Part shown: piece by piece, positions 1 through 19,739 of the stretch
Layout of the letters: each line of letters opens with the position of its first letter
Position numbering within the stretch: position 1 is the first letter of the stretch
Assembly: GCA_002269645.1 (NCBI GenBank)
Contig: NIVC01000614.1
Location: 62,001 to 126,000, forward strand
DNA: 64,000 nt
Source of the DNA: Macrostomum lignano
Taxonomy: Eukaryota
Direction of reading: 5' to 3'
Made by a program: the position numbers and the translations under genes
The notes under the pieces: generated by a model
Databases searched by the model: none
Told to the model about the DNA's origin: nothing
What the model saw: the letters and a program-made list of their open reading frames with translations, nothing else

Positions 1-252
1 AGTATAGAATAAAAACTACTACAATTATTTTATAATGTATAAGTCTGCTTCTGGGACCTACTGTATAATTTTCAAAATAATTCATCTGTTGCTTTATATG
101 AATTATTGTTATTACCAAGCTAACATCAGACAGGACAAAAATAGTTTTGCTTAAATTTTAAACCTAAATATTCTATAAGTTTAAATTATAAATTAAATAA
201 TTCAATTTCATGACTTGATAACACTAATTGCAATCAATTAAAAAGTGCAAAC

Positions 253-3172
<2,920 letters not shown>

Positions 3173-3304
3173 TTTACTGAGGGTTGCAGAGGTCAACTGA
3201 GGTCACTGGAAATATTTAGGTCGAATTGAGTCCTAGGAGAGGTGCGTTTAATTAAATTATGTTATGCTACAACTGTGCTAGCTTGAGGTCAAATTAGATC
3301 AAAT

Positions 3305-3685
3305 GATAACTGTAGGTTAAGTTAGGTCACGTGATAACTGTAGGTTAAGTTAGGTCACGTGATAACTGTAGGTTAAGTTAGGTCACGTGATAACTGTAGG
3401 TTAAGTTAGGTCACGTGATAACTGTAGGTTAAGTTAGGTCACGTGATAACTGTAGGTTAAGTTAGGACACGTGATAACTGTAGGTTAAGTTAGGTCACGT
3501 GATAACTGTAGGTTAAGTTAGGACACGTGATAACTGTAGGTTAAGTTAGGACACGTGATAACTGTAGGTTAAGTTAGGACACGTGATAACTGTAGGTTAA
3601 GTTAGGACACGTGATAACTGTAGGTTAAGTTAGGTCACGTGATAACTGTAGGTTAAATTAGGTCACGTGATAACTGTAGGTTAAA
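3305..3685. repeat. 28-bp minisatellite GATAACTGTAGGTTAAGTTAGG(T/A)CACGT, 13 full copies plus a partial
   Basis: Direct; downstream of the LEO1 stop codon. Confidence 0.95.
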
Positions 3686-3984
3686 TACGAGTTGGTTATT
3701 TTGCTAGTTGCCTGTTAAAAGTTAATTGCCCTCTCCCCCATACCGTTTTCATTTGTATTTTTAAGTATTTCTGCATTTTCACTGCAATAGCAGCCTAACT
3801 TTGGTAGGCTGCGTTGCTTTGTTTACCTGTTTGTGCTGTAAGCTATCATCGTTACATTTTAAACTGTCAACATTTTCAGGCAGTGAATGAATATTAAGCC
3901 TTAGTAAAGATTTGGCAAGATTAGCGATTAAAACTTTTTCTCACTCTTTCCGGCCTTCTCTTGTTTTTGTGTCCCTGCTCTTAC

Positions 3985-4775
3985 ATACCTACCTACAACC
4001 TTAACCACCTTATCTATCTACCATCTATCTACCTACGTGCCGATCTATCTACTTGCCTACCTACCTACCTACCACCTACCTACAACATTAACTACCTTAT
4101 CTATCTACCATCTATCTACCTACGTACCGATCTATCTACTTGCCTACCTACCTACCTACCTACCTAGCTAGTTACCTACTATAGTCGTACCTACCTATCT
4201 ACCTATCTACCTACTTACCTACCTGCCTAGTTACCTACTATACCTACCTATCTACCTATCTACCTACTTACCTACCTGCCTAGTTACCTACCTGCCTAGT
4301 TACCTACCTACCTACCTACCTACCTGCCTAGTTACCTACCTACCTACCTGCCTAGTTATCTATACCTACCTACCTACCTACCTGCCTAGTTACCTACCTA
4401 CCTACCTGCCTAGTTATCTATACCTACCTACCTACCTACCTGCCTAGTTACCTACCTACCTACCTGCCTAGTTACCTACCTACCTACCTACCTGCCTAGT
4501 TATCTATACCTACCTACCTACCTACCTGCCTAGTTACCTACCTACCTACCTGCCTAGTTACCTACCTACCTACCTGCCTAGTTACCTACCTACCTACCTA
4601 CCTGCCTAGTTATCTATACCTACCTACCTACCTGCCTAGTTACCTACCTACCTACCTACCTGCCTACCTACCTACCTACCTACCTACCTACCTGCCTAGT
4701 TACCTACCTACCTACCTACCTGCCTACCTACCTACCTACCTACCTACCTACCTACCTACCTACCTACCTACATAC
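3985..4775. repeat. Compound (TACC)n microsatellite with TGCCTAGT interruptions
   Basis: Direct. Confidence 0.95.
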
Positions 4776-5423
4776 CTACATACATACCAATCGAACGCAA
4801 GCAGTTGGCACTGTATGCTATAAATATCCATCGGTTTTCTAGTTTCAGAAAAAAGATACATATAAACACTCCAGCAGCTATGCATTAGTATTGTAGACAG
4901 TGCTAGTGTGTTATTCACCCTAACCAGTGTATCACCAGTACCTAATTGTAGGGCCAAAACGTCTATAAAAATATTATTAACTATCAAAAAGCACATTCTA
5001 TATGGAGCTTTTTTCCACACATTTTCTTTATCTTATTACACCCATTGTGTTTAGATAGAGCAGTCCGTATGTATAAAAAAGCGGCTAGCCACTGGTGTCC
5101 AGTGCCTATCCCTCTGCCTGTCTGCATAGAAATTTTTACGACTACTCTAACTATTTTCTTGCATTGGCAGCCAGATTATAATTATGCGTAGGTTAATATT
5201 ACAATTTGTTTTAATGTAGAAAAAATGCTTGTTATTAAAATTTCACCCGGAATACTTCACTACTACTACTGTACCCGGTTATTATTTTTTTTGATTTCAA
5301 GTAAAATTAAACATTTATAATATGTAATTCGTTTCAGTGCAAAGTAAAACCAAACTTATTGCATTCATACTCCTGTTACTGTTGTTTTGACTTTTCCTTA
5401 TGGCACACTTATTTTCCCTATTT

Positions 5424-6745
<1,322 letters not shown>

Positions 6746-6797
6746 ATGTCTAAATGATTCTCATTGACTCCCTGTTCTTTGAACCGTCTTCCCGCAG

Positions 6798-7445
6798 GTG
6801 CTGCCCATCCTCTCGGCTGACCCCGAGCGTGTCCGCCAGGAGGCCCTCCGTCGCGAGGAGGAGATGACCCGAGCTCGCATCCGACGAGAGAATATCCAGC
6901 GTCGGCGTCGGGAGCGCGGCAGCGGCGCCAGCAGCGGCGGCCGTCTAAGTCGCAGTTTCTTAGAATCCGGCGTCGGCGGAGACGACGAGGACGAAGACGA
7001 AGAAGGCGGCGCGTCTTTGTCGGCCATCAAGCGGAATTACCGCCGGCAGAGCTCCGGCGGCAAGGGCAGTCGGCAGCAGCAGCAGCAGAAGAAGCGGTCG
7101 AGCCAGCAACGCGGCGCGATCTACTCGTCGACGTCCTCATCGTCGGTCAGCTCCAGCTCCGAGGACAACGACGATGCCGACGAGGGGAAGCGGAAGAAAA
7201 AGTCAGGCAAGAAAGTCGACGCGTCCGACGACGAGGACGACGTCGGGCCGCAGCAGCCGAAGCGGGCAAAGAAAGTCCTCTCTGACGATGAAGACGAGCA
7301 ACAGCAAGATGATGAAGAAGAAGCAGGCGGCGATTCGGCGCCTGCCGAGGCGAGCGGAAGCGGCGCAACGAAAGCCGCTGCCGATGCTGGTGGGGCGGTT
7401 TTGTCGGCCTCTGACGATTCGTCATCTTCGTCGCTTTCCGATTGA
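6798..7445 (+). other. LEO1: Duplicated copy of the LEO1 last exon (identical 215-aa translation, acceptor retained)
   Basis: The ORF translation equals that of 2525-3172 at offset 4273; the upstream intron end and downstream 3' region are also duplicated. Confidence 0.9.
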
Positions 7446-7577
7446 TTTACTGAGGGTTGCAGAGGTCAACTGAGGTCACTGGAAATATTTAGGTCGAATT
7501 GAGTCCTAGGAGAGGTGCGTTTAATTAAATTATGTTATGCTACAACTGTGCTAGCTTGAGGTCAAATTAGATCAAAT

Positions 7578-8295
7578 GATAACTGTAGGTTAAGTTAGGT
7601 CACGTGATAACTGTAGGTTAAGTTAGGTCACGTGATAACTGTAGGTTAAGTTAGGTCACGTGATAACTGTAGGTTAAGTTAGGTCACGTGATAACTGTAG
7701 GTTAAGTTAGGTCACGTGATAACTGTAGGTTAAGTTAGGACACGTGATAACTGTAGGTTAAGTTAGGTCACGTGATAACTGTAGGTTAAGTTAGGACACG
7801 TGATAACTGTAGGTTAAGTTAGGACACGTGATAACTGTAGGTTAAGTTAGGTCACGTGATAACTGTAGGTTAAGTTAGGACACGTGATAACTGTAGGTTA
7901 AGTTAGGTCACGTGATAACTGTAGGTTAAGTTAGGTCACGTGATAACTGTAGGTTAAGTTAGGACACGTGATAACTGTAGGTTAAGTTAGGTCACGTGAT
8001 AACTGTAGGTTAAGTTAGGACACGTGATAACTGTAGGTTAAGTTAGGTCACGTGATAACTGTAGGTTAAGTTAGGACACGTGATAACTGTAGGTTAAGTT
8101 AGGTCACGTGATAACTGTAGGTTAAGTTAGGTCACGTGATAACTGTAGGTTAAGTTAGGACACGTGATAACTGTAGGTTAAGTTAGGTCACGTGATAACT
8201 GTAGGTTAAGTTAGGACACGTGATAACTGTAGGTTAAGTTAGGTCACGTGATAACTGTAGGTTAAGTTAGGTCACGTGATAACTGTAGGTTAAAT
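7578..8295. repeat. 28-bp minisatellite, copy 2 (25 full units plus a partial)
   Basis: Same unit as 3305-3685 but longer. Confidence 0.95.
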
Positions 8296-8589
8296 ACGAG
8301 TAGGTTATTTTGCTAGTTGCCTGTTAAAAGTTAATTGCCCTCTCCCCCATACCGTTTTCATTTGTATTTTTAAGTATTTCTGCATTTTCACTGCAATAGC
8401 AGCCTAACTTTGGTAGGCTGCGTTGCTTTGTTTACCTGTTTGTGCTGTAAGCTATCATCGTTACATTTTAAACTGTCAACATTTTCAGGCAGTGAATGAA
8501 TATTAAGCCTTAGTAAAGATTTGGCCAGATTAGCGATTAAAACTTTTTCTCACTCTTTCCGGCCTTCTCTTGTTTTTGTGTCCCTGCTC

Positions 8590-9560
8590 TTACATACCTA
8601 CCTACAACCTTAACCACCTTATCTATCTACCATCTACCTACGTGCCGATCTATCTACTTGCCTACCTACCTACCTACCACCTACCTACAACATTAACTAC
8701 CTTATCTATCTACCATCTATCTACCTACATGCCGATCTATCTACTTGCCTACCTACCTACCTAGCTAGTTACCTACTATAGTCGTACCTACCTATCTACC
8801 TATCTACCTACTTACCTACCTGCCTAGTTACCTACCATACCTACCTATCTACCTATCTACCTACTTACCTACCTGCCTAGTTACCTACCTGCCTAGTTAC
8901 CTACCTGCCTAGTTACCTACCTACCTACCTACCTACCTACCTACCTACCTACCTACCTACCTGCCTAGTTACCTACCTACCTACCTGCCTAGTTATCTAT
9001 ACCTACCTACCTGCCTAGTTACCTACCTACCTACCTGCCTAGTTACCTACCTACCTACCTGTCTAGTTACCTACCTACCTACCTACCTGCCTAGTTACCT
9101 ACCTACCTACCTACCTGCCTAGTTATCTATACCTACCTACCTACCTACCTGCCTAGTTACCTACCTACCTACCTGCCTAGTTACCTACCTACCTACCTGT
9201 CTAGTTACCTACCTACCTACCTACCTACTTACCTACCTACCTACCTACCTGCCTAGTTACCTACCTACCTACCTACCTACTTACCTACCTACCTACCTAC
9301 CTGCCTAGTTACCTACCTACCTACCTACCTGCCTAGTTATCTATACCTACCTACCTACCTACCTGCCTAGTTACCTACCTACCTACCTGCCTAGTTACCT
9401 ACCTACCTACCTGTCTAGTTACCTACCTACCTACCTACCTACTTACCTACCTACCTACCTACCTACCTACCTACCTACCTACCTACCTACCTACCTACCT
9501 ACCTACCTACCTACCTACCTACCTACCTACCTACCTACCTACCTACCTACATACCTACAT
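8590..9560. repeat. Compound (TACC)n microsatellite, copy 2
   Basis: Direct. Confidence 0.95.
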
Positions 9561-10202
9561 ACATACCAATCGAACGCAAGCAGTTGGCACTGTATGCTAT
9601 AAATATCCATCGGTTTTCTAGTTTCAGAAAAAAGATACATATAAACACTCCAGCAGCTATGCATTAGTATTGTAGACAGTGCTAGTGTGTTATTCACCCT
9701 AACCAGTGTATCACCAGTACCTAATTGTAGGGCCAAAACGTCTATAAAAATATTATTAACTATCAAAAAGCACATTCTATATGGAGCTTTTTTCCACACA
9801 TTTTCTTTATCTTATTACACCCATTGTGTTTAGATAGAGCAGTCCGTATGTATAAAAAAGCGGCTAGCCACTGGTGTCCAGTGCCTATCCCTCTGCCTGT
9901 CTGCATAGAAATTTTTACGACTACTCTAACTATTTTCTTGCATTGGCAGCCAGATTATAATTATGCGTAGGTTAATATTACAATTTGTTTTAATGTAGAA
10001 AAAATGCTTGTTATTAAAATTTCACCCGGAATACTTCACTACTACTACTGTACCCGGTTATTATTTTTTTTGATTTCAAGTAAAATTAAACATTTATAAT
10101 ATGTAATTCGTTTCAGTGCAAAGTAAAACCAAACTTATTGCATTCATACTCCTGTTACTGTTGTTTTGACTTTTCCTTATGGCACACTTATTTTCCCTAT
10201 TT

Positions 10203-11415
<1,213 letters not shown>

Positions 11416-11694
11416 ATTTCAGGTTTGCAAGTTATTTCACTTATCTTTAAGGAAGACAATTAGTATTAATATATTTTGCGACTTTGCTGTGTACTTACAA
11501 TAAATAATTTATCTTATTGATATTTTCAGCAAAACAATTGTCTTCAACTTCGGCTCAGCACAAGTGTAAAAAAATCCTCATCGATTTAGATAATGAATCG
11601 ATTTGAGGCCATTTCCAACATTTCTGTCATGTTAATTAACTAAACAGCAACAACAGCTTGCTGTACGCACTGATTGTCACGTGACCCAGTTGCC

Positions 11695-12928
11695 ATGGCG
11701 ACAAGCGTCTCCGATGTGTCCAGAGCGGATCGACTACGAATGGCGGCTGGTCAGGGCCAGGTGGGTCTGGTTGGCGAGCTGCTCCGGGCTGGCGTACCGG
11801 TTGAACCTGACAAGGTAAGCGACTGACGCTTGAGTAGCAAATGGATCTGGAAGTTTTAGTGCTTTAAAATTGTTAATAAGGGAGTGATAAAGGAAAAGCA
11901 AACGATTTTTGTCACTCGAACAGTGATAGGGTGAATTGCATGAAAGGCGACAAGAAAAGTGATGGGGAGAGTGACGTGAAGAGTGGTATAGAGAGTGACA
12001 TGGAGAGTGATATGGAGAGTGACATGGAGAGTGACATAGAGAGTGACATGTAGAGTGACATGGAGAGTGATATGGAGAGTGAAATGGAGAGTGATATGGA
12101 GAGTGACATGTAGAGTGACATGGAGAGTGACATGGAGAGTGACATAGAGAGTGACATGTAGAGTGACATGGAGAGTGATATGGAGTGATATGGAGAGTGA
12201 AATCTAGAGTGATATGGAGAGTGATATGGAGAGTGAAATGGAGAGTGATATGGAGAGTGACATGTAGAGTGATATAAAGTGGTATGGAAAGTGACATGGA
12301 GTGAAATTAATAGTGACATAGAAATTGACATCCAGAGTGACATCGAGAATGACATGGAGAATGGAATAAAGAGTGACATCCAGAGTGACATCGAAAATGA
12401 CATGGAGAATGGAATAAAGAGTGGCATGGGGAGTGATATTGAGATATCTAGATTCATCTATTTGGGAGATGACACAAATAGTTGCCTGGAGAGTGATATG
12501 AAGGGTGACACAAAGATGACAAAATTTTAGCACATGACAAACAAATAAAAAAGCCAAAGCTTGCAAATTTCTTTAATATTTAGCAAATTTTATTATCATA
12601 GAAATGAATCAAATGTTTTAATAAGTTTTTGTGTCTTTTGCACAGTTCACATAATTTTGTTAGTTACTAACAGAATTTAATAATAGCTGATTACTAACGT
12701 CGAACTTCTGCACCATAACAGAAATAGAATTATAATTTCTTATTCAAATTTCAGCTACTGATTAGTAAGTGTTTTGTTCTAATTGTATAATTATATGCAC
12801 AAATAGGCCCACTATTTGCTTAGGTTTGAAAGCACGCATAATATTATGATTAATGTATAATTTTGTTAGATTAAATCAGGACTGACGGAGACACTAAGAG
12901 AGACAGACAGACACTAAGACAGACAGAA

Positions 12929-12979
<51 letters not shown>

Positions 12980-13061
12980 TAAGACAGACAGACACTAAGA
13001 CAGACAGACAGACAGACAGACAGACAATAAGACAGACAGACACTAAGACAGACAGACACTA

Positions 13062-13094
<33 letters not shown>

Positions 13095-13096
13095 GG

Positions 13097-13127
<31 letters not shown>

Positions 13128-13161
13128 TAAGACAGACAGACACTAAGACAGACAGACACTA

Positions 13162-13192
<31 letters not shown>

Positions 13193-13251
13193 AAGACAGA
13201 CAGACAGACAGTCAGACAGACACTAAGACAGACACTAAGACAGACACTAAA

Positions 13252-13316
<65 letters not shown>

Positions 13317-16300
13317 GAGACAGACAATAAGACAGACCGACATTAAGACAGACACTAAGACAGACAGACAGACAGACAGACAGACTCGTACTCGCTACTG
13401 ACGGATATGTTCGTTCTTTGTTTAGAAAATACAAGTGTTATTTCAAAGCTTTACTAATATAGCCTACTAATCAAAGTGTTTAGAAAGTGAAGTGCTTTAC
13501 AATTACAACATTGTTCTATCACTATTATGGTTAGTAGGCTATAATAGGCTTAATAAGTGCGCAATTACGCTTTTTTCGTTAGTTTTACGTTCACTTTACA
13601 ACGTTATTATTAGTTTTCTATCAATATATGTATTGAATTGTTTTTTACTACGCATTAGCGCTTGCACTACTTTAAGTAGCGTATAATTTATCGTACTCAG
13701 TTTTGTTAAGAGTTGATAGTTTTTTTTCTATATATAAGTTTTGACTTAAACGTTCGCTAGCGACTCTGGGACAACTCTTGTGACTGTTTAACGACTCAAA
13801 CGACTGTAATGCGACGGAGAGAGGCGACTGTTGAGTCACAAGCGCATCACGTGATTTGCAGAATTGTAAAATAAGTCAATCCAATAGTCGTTGTTTTAGC
13901 GCCTAACTTTCTACTTACTTAAGTAGACTAAATAGAGTTTTATTCGAAGTGCGATTCTAAGGCAACTCTAGCACGACTCTACGGCGTCTACTAAGCTACG
14001 CATTGCAACCCCCCCCCCCGAGTAGTCATCAATCCATCATCAATATTGTGACGCTTGTCACTCTTCAACACTCAGGACGGTCGCACGCCGTTGCACTGCG
14101 CGGCTGCTGGTGGTCACGCACAGATCTGCCGTCTCCTCCTCGACGCCCCGCCGCCACCATCTGCCTCGGCCTCATCGTCGCGAACTCAGCTGGCCGGACT
14201 GACAGACAGTGGCGGTCTGACAGCTTTGCACCTGGCTGCCAGGCACGGTCATCTGCAGGTTGTCCAGCTGCTCATGCTGGAGGGTCAGGTAGGCGTTTCA
14301 TTCAACAGTCATAACAGGGTAAAATGCCGGTCATTCAGCACAGTCATAACAGGGTAAAAGGCCGGTCATTCAGCACAGTCATAACAGGGTAAAAAACCGG
14401 TCATTCGGCACAGTCATAACAGGGTAAAATGCTGGTCATTCGGCACAGTCATAACAGGGTAAAAGGCCGATCATTCGGCACAGTCATAACAGGGTAAAAT
14501 GCCGGTCATTTAGCACAGTCATAACAGGGTAAAATGCCGGTCATTCAGCACAGTCATAACAGGGTAAAATGCCGGTCATTCGGCACAGTCATAACAGGGT
14601 AAAATGCTGGTCATTCGGCACAGTCATAACAGGGTAAAAGGCCGATCATTCGGCACAGTCATAACAGGGTAAAATGCCGGTCATTTAGCACAGTCATAAC
14701 AGGGTAAAATGCCGGTCATTCAGCACAGTCATAACAGGGTAAAATGCCGGTCATTCAGCACAGTCATAACAGGGTAAAATGCCGGTCATTCAGCACAGTC
14801 ATAACAGGGTAAAATGCCGGTCATTCGGCATAGTCATAACAGGGTAAAATGCCGGTCATTCAGCACAGTCATAACAGGGGGTAAAATGCCGGTCATTCAG
14901 CACAGTCATAACAGGGTAAAATGCCGGTCATTCGGCACAGTCATAACAGGGTAAAATGCTTGTCATTCGGCACAGTCATAACAGGGTAAAAGGCCGATTA
15001 TTCGGCACAGTCATAACAGGGTAAAATGCCGGTCATTCAGCACAGTCATAACAGGGTAAAATGCCGGTCATTCGGCATAGTCATATCAGGGTAAAATGCC
15101 GGTCATTCAGCACAGTCATAACAGGGTAAAATGCCGGTCATTCAGCACAGTCATAACAGGGTAAAATGCCGGTCATTCAGCACAGTCATAACAGGGTAAA
15201 ATGCCGGTCATTCCCTTTTTCAGACGGCCAACCAGCGCAGTCACCGTCACGGCAACTCGCCTCTACACGAGGCCGCCTGGCACGGCTTCTCTCGAACAGT
15301 CGAGTTGCTATGCGGCGCTGGAAGCGACGCCAACGCTCAGAACGTTGCCATGGCAACGCCGCTACACCTAGCCGTGCAGAACGGTCACAACCAGTCAACC
15401 AGAGCTCTGCTCTACGCCGGTTCCGACCCTAACAAGCGCAACACGTTCGGCGACACGGCGCTGCACACGGCCGCTCGCTACGGCCACGCCGGTGTGGCGA
15501 GGATCCTCCTCAGCGCTGGCCCCGTCACCCGAGTGAACTCTCGCAATCGGAACGGCGACTCCGCCTTGCACGTGGCCTGCGCTCTTCGCCGTCGGAAAAT
15601 CATCCGCATGTTGCTGGACTCCAGCGCCGATCTGCAGTTGCGCAATCGGCAGAATGAAACGGCTATCGACGTGGCTAGTCGGAAAGGCTTCGACGATGTG
15701 CTGGACATGCTGTATGGTGGGCACAGGGTGCCGCACAGGTCGCACAGGCGCAGTCAGCAGCATCAGCAGCATCAGAAGCCTCATCAGTCTCCAAATCTGC
15801 ATCATTTACCTTATCAGCATCATCAGCCGATGGAGATGGGCTACAACCCGCCGCCAACTAGTGGAAGCTTTGGTTCGGGCAGTTCTGGAACAGATCTGCT
15901 TTTTATGCAGCAGCAACAGCAGCAACAGCAGCAGCAACAACAGTTTCAAGCGATGGCAGCAGTTTCACCCTTGCCTCATCATTCGCAGGGTTCGTTGGTT
16001 CCGATTCAGCAACAACAGATACTTGAGCAGGAGAACCAGACACCCGCTGAGCAGCAGCAGCAGCAGCAACAGCAACAGGCCAAGACTAAAAGCAAAACAA
16101 AGACTAAAAAATCTTTTAGCGGTTTCAAATTCTCTCTAGCCGGTCTGTTTCGTAAAAATGGCAACAAGAAGTCGTCTGTGTCATCCGGGGAGACGCCTTC
16201 CGTCGGTGTTGGCAGTGACTGTAATAATTCTTATTTTGACCGCTTGGCCGCGCCAATTGTTCCTCAACATCACTTCAGCCATGACACTCGGGCAGGACCG

Positions 16301-19300
16301 TCTGTGAGTGGGCTGGTGTACACTTGAGCGGATGGAAAGTTTAATACAGACATTTACCATAGAAACAGGCAACCGGTGTGCTATAGATGTGTGTGAATTG
16401 GACAGATATGCACAGCTATCCGAAACAGACACCTGAGACAGATACCCGAGACAGACACATGAGACAGATACCAGAGACAGACACCTGAGACAGATACCCG
16501 GGACAGACACATGAGACAGACACCTGAGACAGACACCCGAGACAGATACCTGGGACAGATACCCGAAACAGGCACCTGAGACAGATACCCGAGACAGATA
16601 CCTGGGACAGATACCCGAAACAGACACCTGAGACAGATACCCGAGACAGACACCTGAGACAGACACCTGAGACAGACACCTGAGACAGATACCCGAGACA
16701 GACACCTGAGACAGACACCTGAGACAGACACCTGAGACAGATACCCGAAACAGACACCTGAGACAGATACCCGAGACAGACACCTGAGATAGACAATGCC
16801 CTTGACATGCATTCAAGAAACGCATTAACAGTAGAACAACCAAGAGGGCGGGGGGAAAGTCCCCCCCCCCCTGACAATGTTTTTGCCGCGCCGTATTGGA
16901 GCAACGCAGGCACACAAAATTCAAGAACGCGGGCCAACTTTTTATTGCGCACCTTCTCAAACAAGAATCAAGTCGCCAGCCCTCCGGACCGTCAAGATAT
17001 TCGAGGATTCTGACAGAAAGTCGGACTTTCCCATAAGCGGTAAGCGCCAGTGTATTCAGTCAGCCAATCAGCACTGCGCCTCAGTGCGGCCTTGCCAGGC
17101 CTTCAAATTTCATCAGCACGTCGACCACATGTGTCTGCAGCAGTTCTGCCTTCGTTGGTCACTATCCTTTACCCAAGCGGAGCTTCTGGACCTTCAACAG
17201 GTGGCACCAGGTGACTATGGACACGCTGTTGCAAATTTATCTAGTTTGCTGATCAAGCCTCGACAGTGGGCAAAAATCAACTGCTGGACATCCTCAGCTA
17301 GTCAGTCAAGCATTCCATCATCACCCGGATTGGTTTTTGATTTTGAAATTTCGGGACTTGGCAAGGCTGCACCGAGGCGCAGTGCTGATTGGCGCACAGG
17401 GGTGTACTGAATACGCTGGCGCTTATGGAAAAATTCGACCTTCTGGCAGAATCGTCGAATATCTCGACAGTCCGGAGGGCTGGCGACTTGACTTTTGTTT
17501 GAGAAGGTGCGCAATAAAAAGTTTGCCTGTGTTCTTGAATTTCGTGGGCCTGCGTTGCTCCAATACGGCGCAGCAAAAATGCCAGGGGGGGGGGGAATTC
17601 CGCCCTCTTGGTAGTTTGACGGGTGGAAAAATGGCTTGGCATTCCTACCGTTAAAGACACCTGAGCAGTCCCCCACCGGGCACTCCAGGCGATACCCAGC
17701 AGCTGCACCTGTCACCTGGGCATTCACGCCTGCATCGAGCACGGCTACCGAGAGTGGCACGGCGCCGAAGCGGCCAACGGCAACTCTGTCGCATTCAACC
17801 GTCAGTCGCTGCTGTACCAGTCCCAGCTTCCGCCTAGTCAGCACCGTCATCACACCCAGCTGCCGTTGCCTCCGCCGCCGCCGCGGCTGCTCATGTACCG
17901 AACTAGAAGCGACGAATCTTTGTCAATGTCCGGCTACAAAGTGAAAACTCAAGCTGAGAAGACTCGAATGCAATTGGCTATGCAGTCCGGCTTACCGGGT
18001 GGAGGGCCGCAGTTTGGACGCCGGGGACCGGCTGTCGCATCCATGACGCCAACGTCCGAGTCGATTTCGCCGACTTCGCCGACTTCTCCGCCGTCTAGCG
18101 GTGGCGGCGGACGCGGCGTCACCACTGTGCCGGTTGATCAGGCTATGGCCTGGCGGAAAGGTGACCGTTGCTTAGTGATCGATGATTGGTTGATAGATTG
18201 ATGATTTGTTGATCGGGTGATGATTAATTAATAGATTGATGATTTGTTGATCGATTGCTGATTAATTAATAGATTGATGATTTGTTGATCGATTGCTGAT
18301 TAATTAATAGATTGATGATTTGTTGATCGATTGCTGATTAATTAATAGATTGATGATTTGTTGATCGATTGCTGATTAATTAATAGATTGATGATTTGTT
18401 GGTCGATTGCTGATTAATTAATAGATTGATGATTTGTTGATCGATTAATGATTAATTTATAGATTGATGATTGGTTGATAGATTGATAGATTGATGATTT
18501 ATTGATAGATAGACTGATGATTGGTTGATAGATTGATGAATGGTTGATGGATTGATGATTGGTTGATAGATTGATGATTAATTTATAGATTGATGATTTG
18601 TTGATCGATTGATGATTAATTAATAAATTGATGATTGGTTGATAGATTTGTAGATAGACTGATGATTTGTTAATAAATTGATGATTGATGATTGGTTGAT
18701 AGATTGATAGATTGATGATTTATTGATAGATAGACTGATGATTGGTTGATAGATTGATGAATGGTTGATGGATTGATGATTGGTTGATAGATTGATGATT
18801 AATTTATAGATTGATGATTTGTTGATCGATTGATGATTAATTAATAGATTGATGATTGGTTGATAGATTTGTAGATAGACTGATGATTTGTTGATAAATT
18901 GATGATTGATGATTGGTTGATAGATTGATAGATAGACAGATGATTTGTTGATAGATTGATGATTAATTTATAGATTGATGATTGGTTGATGGATTGATGA
19001 TTTATTGATCGATTGATAGATAGACTGATGATTGATTGATGGATTGATGATTGTTTGATAGATTGATGATTGGTTGATAGATTGATGATTGTTTGATAGA
19101 TTGATGATTGGTTAATGGATTGATGATTGGTTGATAGATTGATGATTGGTTGATGGATTGATCATGCTTACTAATCAAAGAAATTGATTGATAAATTTGA
19201 TCCCAATTCCCGCAGCGAATCGCGCCGACGACAATCGCCAAAGACCCGTGGACTCGCCAACAAGCGCAAACGGTATTTCAATTTTAAAAGCGGCAGCCTC

Positions 19301-19556
19301 TGACTCTTCATCTGTAGTTGTGACATCCGCCATGGCTAATTCCGAGTCGCTGGGGAGCCAGCTTCATCAGCAGCGTCAGCCTGACAGTCAGGAAGGCGCC
19401 GCTGCTGCCGCAGCCGTCGCGCCTGTTCAACAGCCGCCTGTCGACAAAGATGGGACGGCTAATTCAGGTTCTTCTCAACGATTCAAAGCCGACCAGAGTT
19501 CAGAAATGTCTATGGAACAGAAGATTTACTTGGATCCCAAGCTAAGATTCCTGTGA
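11695..19556 (+). CDS. ANKRD6: Ankyrin repeat protein of the ANKRD6/Diversin/Diego type; exons 11695-11814, 14076-14288, 15224-16303, ~17689-18160, 19216-19556
   Basis: [35 protein letters not shown]|[25 protein letters not shown]..|..[68 protein letters not shown] matches the recalled ANKRD6 repeat sequence (LHEASWHGFS, LACQNSHSQSTRVLL). All junctions are GT-AG and in phase; the exon 4 acceptor is the least certain. Confidence 0.8.
11960..12450. repeat. 12-bp minisatellite GGAGAGTGA(C/T)AT in ANKRD6 intron 1
   Basis: Direct. Confidence 0.9.
12885..13385. repeat. (CAGA)n microsatellite with CACTAAGA/CAATAAGA variants (reverse complement of the TCTG arrays)
   Basis: Direct. Confidence 0.95.
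14305..15213. repeat. 35-bp minisatellite CGGTCATTCAGCACAGTCATAACAGGGTAAAATGC, ~26 copies, filling ANKRD6 intron 2
   Basis: Direct; runs almost from donor to acceptor. Confidence 0.95.
16420..16795. repeat. 13-bp minisatellite AGACAGA(C/T)ACC(T/C)G
   Basis: Direct. Confidence 0.9.
16835..17616. mobile_element. MITE/foldback-type element with ~270-bp imperfect terminal inverted repeats
   Basis: 16835-17110 (AACAACCAAGAGGGCGG...CCAATCAGCACTGCGCCTC..) is the reverse complement of 17340-17616; ~230-bp spacer; no clear target-site duplication (TSD). Confidence 0.75.
18175..19165. repeat. GATTGAT/GATAGATTGATGATT low-complexity tandem array, ANKRD6 intron 4
   Basis: Direct. Confidence 0.9.
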
Positions 19557-19739
19557 TTGTAAACTCCATTTTCAGCAGGCTTAGCGCGTCACAGCGCCGA
19601 TTGCATACATAATAATGTTTGTGTCTGATAGTTAGTACTTAATTAGTAGTGCACCTGCTTGCAATTTGCGAATTTTTGAACGTACTATTCATAATTCATT
19701 TGTGATCCATTTTTCATGAAAATAATTCTAATCCGAAGT

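Noticed and set aside
3305-3685. 28-bp arrays (and other minisatellites) as CRISPR
   Set aside because: Head-to-tail units without unique spacers, no cas genes, eukaryotic context.
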